Assembly: GCA_963814275.1 (NCBI GenBank)
Contig: CAWFCE010000002.1
Span: 1,003,263-1,067,262, forward strand
Reading direction: 5' to 3'
Source: Candidatus Parcubacteria bacterium
GTDB lineage: Bacteria > Patescibacteriota > Patescibacteriia > Patescibacteriales > UBA12075
Length of the DNA stretch: 64,000 bases
The position numbers were made by a program, and so were the translations under genes. This document shows, in pieces, positions 37,449-45,263 of this stretch. Under the pieces are notes generated by a model that was not told where the DNA came from, searched no databases, and saw nothing but the letters and a program-made list of their open reading frames with translations. Numbering within the stretch: the first letter of the stretch is position 1; every line of letters begins with the position of its first letter.

Positions 37449-38579
37449 ATGAATTATAATAAGAAGGCGATTGGTTTGCATAAAAAACACCGGGGAAAAA
37501 TAGAGATCAGGTCAAAAGTGCCGCTGGTATCGAAAGACGACTTATCGACCGCTTATACTCCGGGAGTAGCGGCGGTTTGTCTGGAAATAGAAAGGAACAA
37601 GGCGAAAAGCTGGGAACTTACGAACCGCGCGAACAGCGTCGCTATTGTAACCGATGGCAGCGCCATTCTCGGTTTGGGCAATATCGGGCCGGAGGCCGGT
37701 ATGCCGGTAATGGAAGGCAAGGCGGCGATATTCAAGGAATTTGCCGGAGTTGACGCCTATCCGTTGTGTATCGACACGCAGGACAGCGAGGAAATAATCA
37801 AATTCGTCAAAATGATCGCTCCCAGTTTCGGCGGGATCAATCTGGAGGATATAGCCGCTCCCCGGTGTTTCGATATTTTGGAAAGACTGGAAAAGGAGCT
37901 TTCTATCCCGGTATTCCACGATGATCAGGACGGAACGGCAATCGTAACTTTGGCGGCGCTGATCAACGCCTGCCGCGCCACCAACAAAGTGATCAGGGAG
38001 CTGAAAGTGGTGATAAACGGAGCCGGAGCGGCCGGGATCGCCATCGCCAAATTACTTTTGGCCCAGGGGGTTAAGGACATCATAATAATTGACAGTGTCG
38101 GCGCGATATACCGTGGCCGTCAAGGCATGAACCCTTATAAAGCCGTCATGGCCGCTAAGACCAATAAAGGCAAGATCAAAGGCGGGAAGGAAGAAGCGCT
38201 CATGGGCAGTGATGTATTCATTGGAGTATCGAAGCCGAAACAGCTGACCGCGGGAATGATCAAAACCATGAATCCCGAGCCGATTATATTCGCCATGGCC
38301 AATCCGGACCCGGAAATATATCCCGAAGAAGCATTGAGGGCCGGAGCTGTTGTGGTCGGTACCGGGCGGAGTGATTTTATGAACCAGATCAATAATGCCC
38401 TGGTGTTTCCCGGCATATTCCGCGGCCTATTGGATAAGCGCCGGAGAAAAGTCACTGTCAAAATGAAAACAGCAGCTGCAATTGCGATCGCCTACAGCGT
38501 AAAGCGCCCCCATAAAAATAATATTTTGCCTAAGGTTACGGACAAAAAAGTAGCGAAAAAAATTGCCCGCGCGATCTGA
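37449..38579 (+). CDS. NAD(P)-dependent malic enzyme (short form)
   Basis: AYTPGVA; [37 protein letters not shown]; INGAGAAG. Confidence 0.85.
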   Translation: MNYNKKAIGLHKKHRGKIEIRSKVPLVSKDDLSTAYTPGVAAVCLEIERNKAKSWELTNRANSVAIVTDGSAILGLGNIGPEAGMPVMEGKAAIFKEFAGVDAYPLCIDTQDSEEIIKFVKMIAPSFGGINLEDIAAPRCFDILERLEKELSIPVFHDDQDGTAIVTLAALINACRATNKVIRELKVVINGAGAAGIAIAKLLLAQGVKDIIIIDSVGAIYRGRQGMNPYKAVMAAKTNKGKIKGGKEEALMGSDVFIGVSKPKQLTAGMIKTMNPEPIIFAMANPDPEIYPEEALRAGAVVVGTGRSDFMNQINNALVFPGIFRGLLDKRRRKVTVKMKTAAAIAIAYSVKRPHKNNILPKVTDKKVAKKIARAI

Positions 38580-38591
38580 CGATAGTCATCC

Positions 38592-38619
38592 TTGACTATT
38601 TGCAGTAAATCAGTATAAT
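38592..38619 (+). promoter_or_regulatory. sigma70-type promoter candidate for rplU
   Basis: TTGACT, 16-nt spacer, TATAAT. Confidence 0.55.
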
Positions 38620-38665
38620 AAAGATTACGAAATAAAGTTTATAATTACATAATATACAGACAAAT

Positions 38666-38980
38666 ATGGATAAAATCGCAGTAATAAAAACAGGCGGTAA
38701 GCAATACAAGGTCAAGGAAGGCCAAAGCCTGAAAATCGAGAAATTAGACGTAAAAGACGGCGGTAAAGTCAGCTTCGATACACTTTTAGTCGCCGCTACC
38801 GACGGAACCGATGTCCAGGTGGGCAAGCCGCTACTGGGAAAAAAGGTGGAAGGCAAGGTGCTCGAACAGGGAAAAGGGAAGAAGGTGACGGTTGTCAAAT
38901 ACAAGAATAAGACCCGGTATTTGCGTAATAAGAGCCACCGCCAGGAATATTCGAAAGTAGAGATCACGAAGATCGCGTAA
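38666..38980 (+). CDS. rplU: 50S ribosomal protein L21
   Basis: MDKIAVIKTGGKQYKVKEGQSLKIEKL…. Confidence 0.9.
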   Translation: MDKIAVIKTGGKQYKVKEGQSLKIEKLDVKDGGKVSFDTLLVAATDGTDVQVGKPLLGKKVEGKVLEQGKGKKVTVVKYKNKTRYLRNKSHRQEYSKVEITKIA

Positions 38981-39005
38981 TAACAGTTATAATCGTTTTT
39001 ATATA

Positions 39006-39043
39006 ATAAGCGCCCCGGTTCATACCGGGGCGCTTATTTTTTT
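39006..39043 (+). terminator. Rho-independent terminator
   Basis: ataagcgccccgg-ttcata-ccggggcgcttat followed by ttttttt. Confidence 0.85.
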
Positions 39044-39096
39044 GAAAATCTAGAAAATATAACATTCAAGATCAACATTTCCGTTACCCGATAGGA

Positions 39097-39128
39097 TAAA
39101 AAAATACCACCAGCAACTGCGGTGGTAT
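39097..39128 (-). terminator. Rho-independent terminator of the dnaB-ybaB-recR transcription unit
   Basis: ataccacc…ggtggtat hairpin with a 7-nt U-run on the minus strand. Confidence 0.7.
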
Positions 39129-39156
39129 ATTTGTGTACCGGACAGAATATAAATAA

Positions 39157-39315
39157 TCATTCCGGCTCCAGCTCATCGGGGTTTTCCGGATCATCACTGC
39201 ATACTCCTCCTTCTTCGTGATCGAATTGCGAGAGTAGATAGGCGTCCTGATCTGAATTTTGGTCGATTGCCGGTTTTTGCAGTGCTTTTGCGAAGATGCT
39301 GTCGCATTGTACCAT
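39157..39315 (-). CDS. small acidic protein (52 aa), below the ORF-track size cutoff
   Basis: AAGGAGG SD 7 nt upstream of the ATG. MVQCDSIFAKALQKPAIDQNSDQDAYLLSQFDHEEGGVCSDDPENPDELEPE. Lies between recR and the operon terminator. Confidence 0.4.
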   Translation of the reverse strand: MVQCDSIFAKALQKPAIDQNSDQDAYLLSQFDHEEGGVCSDDPENPDELEPE

Positions 39316-39330
39316 TGGGATATCCTCCTT

Positions 39331-39927
39331 TTATAGTTGGGTGCGGTATTTCAGGGCGTTGCCCAGGGTCAGTTCATCGGCATATTCCAGTTCGGCGCCG
39401 CTGGGCAGACCTTTGGCCAAACGGCTGATCTTGATCTTGTTATTTTGAAACAGTTTTTTGAGATACAAGGCGGTGGTTTCTCCCTCCATATTGGGGTTTA
39501 AGGCAAGGATCATTTCCTTTATATCGCCCTTGGCGGTTTTCTTCAAAAGTTGTTTGACCGTCAACTTATCAGGACCGATATTATCAATGACATTTACCAG
39601 CCCGCCTAAAACATGATAGTAACCGCGAAAAGTGCCGGTTGATTCGATCGTGAGCATATCGCGGGTATTGGCGACAACACATAGGATCGAACGGTCGCGC
39701 TTCGCGTCGGCGCAGACAGAGCAAGGGTTGGCTTCAGCTACTGCCAGGCATTGTTTGCAAATTGTAATATTCTCTTTAAGCTCGGCGATTGCTTGCGCCA
39801 GTTTTTGCAGCTCCTCGGGGTGCCGGTTCAAAAGGTAAAAAACATACCGTTCAGCGGTTTTCGGGCCGACGGACGGCAGCATGGACAGTAGATCGATCAG
39901 TTTTTGGATCGCTTTGGGATAATGCAT
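39331..39927 (-). CDS. recR: recombination protein RecR
   Basis: Helix-hairpin-helix LPSVGPKTAERY, C4 zinc finger CKQC…CSVC, Toprim region. Start chosen at MHYPKAIQKL. Confidence 0.9.
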   Translation of the reverse strand: MHYPKAIQKLIDLLSMLPSVGPKTAERYVFYLLNRHPEELQKLAQAIAELKENITICKQCLAVAEANPCSVCADAKRDRSILCVVANTRDMLTIESTGTFRGYYHVLGGLVNVIDNIGPDKLTVKQLLKKTAKGDIKEMILALNPNMEGETTALYLKKLFQNNKIKISRLAKGLPSGAELEYADELTLGNALKYRTQL

Positions 39928-40017
39928 TATGTTGTAACTGGAAATTTGATACTGGAAATTTGTAAATATCACCATTCAACCATGCATCCAAATTTCCAGT
40001 TTTAATATAAATTTTAC

Positions 40018-40296
40018 TTAACCTGTCAAGCCGGGTAAACCACCCATTGATTGCATTTTTTCCGCCATTAACCGCTGGGTTTTTTTGATCGCTTCATTTA
40101 CGGCCGGGACGATATCAGCCGCCAGCTTTTCGCCGGCTTTATCTGCGGGCAATGACAGGGAGATGATCTCCATATTGCCGTTCATGGTAACCGTAATACC
40201 GTTTTTTTCCACAGTAATCGTTTCGCCGGCGAGCATGTTCTGCAATGTTTTGGCCTGGCTTCTCAAGTCTTTATATTGTTTTAATTTACTGAACAT
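40018..40296 (-). CDS. ybaB: YbaB/EbfC nucleoid-associated protein
   Basis: 92 aa with typical …GNMEIISLSL… and C-terminal MGGLPGL; located directly upstream of recR. Confidence 0.85.
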   Translation of the reverse strand: MFSKLKQYKDLRSQAKTLQNMLAGETITVEKNGITVTMNGNMEIISLSLPADKAGEKLAADIVPAVNEAIKKTQRLMAEKMQSMGGLPGLTG

Positions 40297-40352
40297 AAGA
40301 TGCTTAAATTACAAATAATTTATAAGTATATTTTATTGAACATCGCTATTAT

Positions 40353-41753
40353 TTAAAATTCAGGGGCTGGTTCGGTGAGCCCGGTGTGTTCGATATTCCG
40401 GAAACTAACCGTATCCTCATCGAAAAAGAGGTCGACTTTGCCGGTCGGACCATTGCGATGTTTGGCGATATGAATCTCCGCTTTGTATCGTTCCTCGCCG
40501 GTCAATTCTTCGCGGTTGTAATTGCGGTCAGCGGCCTTGCGGTATATGAACATGACCACATCGGCATCTTGTTCGATCGAGCCGGATTCGCGCAGGTTGG
40601 CCAGGCGGGGGATAGCCGGCTTGGTCTGTTCGACGGCGCGTGAAAGCTGCGATAGGGCCAGTACCGGAATGTTAAGCTCGCGGGCAATACCCTTGAGACC
40701 GCGGGTAATTTCCGCCACTTCCTGGACGCGGTTATCGCTGTATTTGCCCCGGCCTTCCATGAGCTGGAGATAATCGATGACCAGAAGTCCCAGATCTTTT
40801 TCCACCTGGAGGCGGCGGGCTTTGGTCCGGATCTCCATGATGGAGCAATTGGGGGTATCGTCAATGTATATCGGTGTTTCCGAAAGGACGCCCATGCCCT
40901 CGCCGATGCGGGCGAAATCATTGTCTTCTTCATGGTCAGAAAGCTTGCCCGTGCGCATTTTCCATAAAGAGACATTGGCTTGGGCGCAGAGCATGCGGTC
41001 GACCAGCTGCTCCTTGCTCATTTCCAGGGAAAATACTCCGACCGGGGTTTTGGATTTGACGGCGCACTGGCGCGCAATATCGAGGGCCAGCGATGTCTTG
41101 CCTACACTCGGACGGGCGGCCAGGATGATCAGATCCGATTTTTGCAGACCAGCCAGAAGGTTGTCCAGATCGGGAAAACCGGTAGGCAAGCCGCGTAATT
41201 TGCCGCTTTGCTTGTGCAGTTCGTCAATTCTTTCGAAAGCTTCGGCTAATAGCTGGTCGACGGGCACGAAAACGTTTTTCAGGTATTTTTGCGATACGGA
41301 AAATAATTTTGATTCGGCATCATCGAGCAATTTATCAATGTCTTCCTCTTCCTTGAAACCCATTTCGGCGATCTCTCCGGCGGCGGCCAACAAACGGCGC
41401 AATGTCGCTTTACGCTGAATAATCTGGGCGTAGTGCACTATGTTGGAAGAAGTGGCGATAACATTCGACAAATGCGCCAAATATGTCCTGCCGCCGACTG
41501 CTTCCAGCTTGCTTTTTTCATCCAGGCGGTTGGTCAGGCTCAGGATATCGATCGGATCATGGCGGGTATAGAGCTCTTTCATTGTTTCATAAATGATACG
41601 ATGGGCGTCACGATAAAAATCCTTTTCGTCGATGATGTCGGCGATCTTGATGATGGCATCCTTGTCGATCAGCAGGCATCCCAAAAATGATTCTTCAGCC
41701 TCAAGGTTCTGGGGCGGTAATTTTTCTATTTGTGTGGCAACTGCTGTTGGCAT
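40353..41753 (-). CDS. dnaB: replicative DNA helicase
   Basis: PPQNLEAEESFLGCLL N-terminus; Walker A ARPSVGKTSLAL; LLVIDYLQLM. Confidence 0.95.
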   Translation of the reverse strand: MPTAVATQIEKLPPQNLEAEESFLGCLLIDKDAIIKIADIIDEKDFYRDAHRIIYETMKELYTRHDPIDILSLTNRLDEKSKLEAVGGRTYLAHLSNVIATSSNIVHYAQIIQRKATLRRLLAAAGEIAEMGFKEEEDIDKLLDDAESKLFSVSQKYLKNVFVPVDQLLAEAFERIDELHKQSGKLRGLPTGFPDLDNLLAGLQKSDLIILAARPSVGKTSLALDIARQCAVKSKTPVGVFSLEMSKEQLVDRMLCAQANVSLWKMRTGKLSDHEEDNDFARIGEGMGVLSETPIYIDDTPNCSIMEIRTKARRLQVEKDLGLLVIDYLQLMEGRGKYSDNRVQEVAEITRGLKGIARELNIPVLALSQLSRAVEQTKPAIPRLANLRESGSIEQDADVVMFIYRKAADRNYNREELTGEERYKAEIHIAKHRNGPTGKVDLFFDEDTVSFRNIEHTGLTEPAPEF

Positions 41754-42139
41754 AGTATTATCATAGTAACTGATGGGAGCTATTTTCGCAAGTGCATTTT
41801 GTCCACTTTTTCTCCACTGAAATTAGCCAAAGATGATGAAAAAAAGTTAATATTGGCATTCATAAAAATGCCGGTAATTTTCGGCAAACTTTGGTAATAA
41901 TCATTTAATAATTAAATAAAAATTTGTTAAAATAAGCGAATATTGAAAGGCTTGCAAAAAGGCTTATTTTCTGTTATTATTTCAATAACAAAATGATCTG
42001 CTTTCAGGCAGTTTTATTTTTGTTTTATATAGAGTGTTTTAGCTTCCCTCGACCCGGCTCGGGACAGGCACAGCCGGTACCCGGCCGCAGCGGTGCCATT
42101 TAAGGAGAAGGTCGCTAAAACAAAAAAATATCATAGAAC

Positions 42140-42212
42140 GCGCCGTTAGCTCAGCTGGTAGAGCAGCTCCCTTTTAAGGAGAAGGTCACAGGTTCGAATC
42201 CTGTACGGCGCA
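42140..42212 (+). tRNA. tRNA-Lys (anticodon UUU)
   Basis: Cloverleaf by hand: acceptor gcgccgt/acggcgc, D arm gctc-agctggta-gagc, anticodon loop cuUUUaa, T arm acagg-ttcgaat-cctgt. CCA is not encoded. Confidence 0.9.
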
Positions 42213-42398
42213 CAAAAAATTTTCTGTTTTAAATTGAAAATCTGCGTAATAGTAAGTTGATATTAATATCGGGATTCGAACCTGAGGTAAGCTGACGTTT
42301 ACGGAACTAAGATGTTCAGGTAATTCTCAAGTAATGCTGCTTATACTGTTTAGCAAGTGGGGAGCGGGCCTCGGCCTTTCGAATCCTGTACGGCGCAC

Positions 42399-42845
42399 AT
42401 GTCCAAAGAAGCATATCCACCGATGCATACGGCCGAACATATTCTGAACCAGACTATGATTCGGCTTTTTAAGACCGGACGGTGTTTTAGCGCCCATATC
42501 GAAAAGAAAAAATCGAAGTGTGATTACTTATTTGACCAGCCTCTTAGTGCAGATGAAGAGAAAATGATAGAAGACAAAATGAATGAGATCATAAACGAGG
42601 ATTTGAAAGTGGAGGAGGTTTTTATAGAAAAGGATAAAGCGGCTGAAAAATTCGATCTTGGACGGTTGCCGGAGGGGACAGAGGGGAAAATAAGAGTGGT
42701 CAGGATAGGGGATTATGACGCCGTGCCGTGTATCGGACAACATGTAACAAGCACGAAGGAGCTCGGCATATTCCGCGTCATCTCCACATCACATGAGAAC
42801 GGGATTCTCAGGATCAGATTCAAGCTGCATGGTACAGAAATATAA
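42399..42845 (+). CDS. alaX: AlaX-type Ala-tRNA editing domain protein (tRNA_SAD)
   Basis: HTAEHIL and CIGQHV zinc-binding motifs. Start set at MSKEAYPP because the upstream part of the track ORF is tRNA-derived sequence. Confidence 0.75.
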   Translation: MSKEAYPPMHTAEHILNQTMIRLFKTGRCFSAHIEKKKSKCDYLFDQPLSADEEKMIEDKMNEIINEDLKVEEVFIEKDKAAEKFDLGRLPEGTEGKIRVVRIGDYDAVPCIGQHVTSTKELGIFRVISTSHENGILRIRFKLHGTEI

Positions 42846-42983
42846 AGATATTTCAGAAAAAGTAATTTCCGCGTTAAATCAGCGTAGCAATCTGCGTTAA
42901 ATCAGCGGATAAATGGTTGTTATCTAAATTAACTTTTGTAACAGAATAAAACTGAAAGTACTGATTACCAAATCTTTAAACAG

Positions 42984-43055
42984 GCCGAGATAGCTCAACG
43001 GTAGAGCAACAGTTTTGTAAACTGTAGGTTATGGGTTCAAATCCCATTCTCGGCT
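42984..43055 (+). tRNA. tRNA-Thr (anticodon UGU)
   Basis: Acceptor gccgaga/tctcggc, D arm gctc-aacggta-gagc, anticodon loop ttTGTaa, T arm atggg-ttcaaat-cccat. Confidence 0.9.
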
Positions 43056-43119
43056 CAACTATGGCGTGCAGTACGCCATTATTGGTCTTTTATCAATTTT
43101 AAACCGAAGGAGGTAAGCG

Positions 43120-43821
43120 ATGCAAATTATCAATGGAATGGCTACGGGAGCTTTGTTGTATCTTGCGTTACTTGTATGGATCCATCATGATTTTGACAAA
43201 GACGAAGAGTCGGTCGCATCCAACCATGACCGGATACAGGGGAATTACTGGAAATATTTCCTGATCCGGCCGAACACGATTTGTTTCTGGCGGGTACTGT
43301 TGGGATTACCGGGATTGTGGCTGTTTTGCCAAGGATTTTACTTTCCGGGAAGCCTGTTGTTTGTCTTTGCCAGTTTGGGCGATACGCTTGATGGGATGGT
43401 AGCGAGACTATGCGGCCTCACAAGCAAGGTCGGAGAGCTTATCGATCCGGTAGCGGATAAGATTATCGATAACGCGGCGTTTTATGTATTTGCTTTTTTT
43501 TACCCGATTATCACATTGGGCTACGTCGCGCTTCTGGTGTTTTTAGAAGTGTTCGTTAATATGATCTTTGTACGCTGGTATGCGAATTTATTCGGCGGAT
43601 CATTGGCGGCAAAGGTCTATGGCAAGCGTAAGAGACTTTTCTACAACTTGTTTTTTATCTATTTGGGGATTGGCGTCGAAATACCTTATGTTGTATCTCA
43701 AGAGATTATTGGCGTCTGCATGATATTTTGTATAACACTATCGCTCTTATCCAGCTTTGACAAAATTCCGGAAAAAGCGAAGCTTCGCTTGGCGGCATGG
43801 ATACACACATTCTACATTTAA
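43120..43821 (+). CDS. CDP-alcohol phosphatidyltransferase family protein
   Basis: D-x2-DG-x2-AR-x8-G-x3-D-x3-D motif (GDTLDGMVARLCGLTSKVGELIDPVADK). Confidence 0.85.
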   Translation: MQIINGMATGALLYLALLVWIHHDFDKDEESVASNHDRIQGNYWKYFLIRPNTICFWRVLLGLPGLWLFCQGFYFPGSLLFVFASLGDTLDGMVARLCGLTSKVGELIDPVADKIIDNAAFYVFAFFYPIITLGYVALLVFLEVFVNMIFVRWYANLFGGSLAAKVYGKRKRLFYNLFFIYLGIGVEIPYVVSQEIIGVCMIFCITLSLLSSFDKIPEKAKLRLAAWIHTFYI

Positions 43822-43867
43822 CAACTAGGCCGTTGCCGACCGAAGATCGGCACGGCCTATATTTATA

Positions 43868-45136
43868 ATGGGGATTAAAACTTACAACATAAAAACATTG
43901 GGTTGCAAGGTAAACCAATACGAAAGCAACAAGCTGCGTCAAGAACTTTCTGATGCCGGCTTGGTCTATGCGCACCAAAATGCAGATATCGTAATAATCA
44001 ATTCATGCGCCGTGACCAAAATAGCCGTCAGGAAAGTTCGCGCGCTGGTGAGCCGTTCAAGAAGGGATAATCCCGGAGCCAGGATTTTTTTGAGCGGCTG
44101 TTGGCCGGCGCTTGACCCTGTCGGCGCGGAAAGTTTTGGCACGGATATTATTACCGTTTTCGGCAAAAAAGACTTGCCGGGAAAATTGATCATCCGTGGT
44201 GAAAAGGGCAATGAAGATGGCTCCCGGTCTATAAAAAAGCACATCGGACAAGAACGTTCACGCTATTTCATTAAAGTCCAAGATGGCTGTGAACAATTTT
44301 GTACTTATTGCATTATCCCGTATGTCCGCGGGAAATTGAAGAGCCGTCCGCAAGAAGAAATTTTGGAAGAGATAAGAAGCGCGGTAAAAGCAGGTTTCCG
44401 CGAGTTCGTATTGTCCGGTATACACCTGGGGTTATACGGCATAAACAGCAGCGGCCGCAGGCAACGCCGTTTCTCAACATTAGCGGAATTACTCGAAAAA
44501 ATCCTGACGATACCCGGCCTGGGGCGAATACGCCTGAGCTCGATCGAAGTAACGGAAATAAATGACGAATTGATCGGCTTAATGAAAAATAACCGTAAGT
44601 TTTGCCGGCATTTGCATATACCGCTTCAGTCCGGTTGCGATAAAATATTGAAATTGATGAAGCGGCCATATACCGTTGAAAGCTTCGAACGATCAATCGC
44701 AAAAATAAGGAGAGCAATGCCGGAAATCGCCGTTACAACCGATGTGGTAGCCGGTTTTCCCGGCGAATCAGACCTGGATTATCGGGAAACCTGCGACACG
44801 ATAGGACGTATCGGGTTCAGCCGTTTGCATGTTTTCCCTTTTTCCGCGCATGCAATCACGCCGGCCGCAAAGCTGCCTCATCAGGTAAACGGAAAAATGA
44901 AACAGTCGCGTGCAAAAATATTACGGCAGATGAGCTTGGCCCTGGAAGACAAATATCAGAAACGATTCATGGGAAAAATACTGCCGCTAGTACTGGAAAA
45001 ATGCAATGGTAAAAAAATGATTGGTAAAACCGAGTATTATTTTGATATTGAATTCGATAAAAATATGATCACAGGTAATCCGGCATATCCGCTCAAAGAA
45101 GGAAATATTTATCGGGTAAGAAGCCAATCGCAATAG
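43868..45136 (+). CDS. mtaB: radical-SAM methylthiotransferase, MtaB-like
   Basis: N-terminal MTTase domain (IKTLGCKVNQYES), CxxxCxxC (CEQFCTYC), C-terminal TRAM-like region. Confidence 0.8.
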   Translation: MGIKTYNIKTLGCKVNQYESNKLRQELSDAGLVYAHQNADIVIINSCAVTKIAVRKVRALVSRSRRDNPGARIFLSGCWPALDPVGAESFGTDIITVFGKKDLPGKLIIRGEKGNEDGSRSIKKHIGQERSRYFIKVQDGCEQFCTYCIIPYVRGKLKSRPQEEILEEIRSAVKAGFREFVLSGIHLGLYGINSSGRRQRRFSTLAELLEKILTIPGLGRIRLSSIEVTEINDELIGLMKNNRKFCRHLHIPLQSGCDKILKLMKRPYTVESFERSIAKIRRAMPEIAVTTDVVAGFPGESDLDYRETCDTIGRIGFSRLHVFPFSAHAITPAAKLPHQVNGKMKQSRAKILRQMSLALEDKYQKRFMGKILPLVLEKCNGKKMIGKTEYYFDIEFDKNMITGNPAYPLKEGNIYRVRSQSQ

Positions 45137-45263
45137 ACAAGCCGGAAATTTTGAATTGTTTATTTTAATTTTTGGGATGGGATAAATACGAAAATTCCCA
45201 TAATAATTCTTGATTTTCGTTGTTTGCCTTTAAATCATTGTTTGTGTTATAATTAAAGATGTT

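Noticed and set aside
38666-39043. rplU followed by a strong terminator instead of the usual rpmA (L27) partner
   Set aside because: This was noted as unusual gene order. However, the split of the L21/L27 pair is only a synteny observation, and rpmA is presumably elsewhere in the genome. It cannot be evaluated from this window.
40502-41418. Several 60-213-aa ORFs overlapping dnaB on both strands
   Set aside because: They are shadow or alternate-frame ORFs within an unambiguous DnaB coding region.
41799-41818. Two DnaA-box-like 9-mers (TTGTCCACT, TTCTCCACT) upstream of dnaB, hinting at an origin
   Set aside because: Each has two or more mismatches to TTATCCACA. There are only two copies, no dnaA/dnaN is nearby, and no AT-rich unwinding repeats were identified. 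The evidence is insufficient.
42230-42300. Possible minus-strand tRNA (GGGATTCGAACC = reverse complement of a T-arm)
   Set aside because: I could not build an acceptor stem, D arm or anticodon arm around it, and the T-stem has a mismatch. It is treated as a tRNA-derived fragment only.
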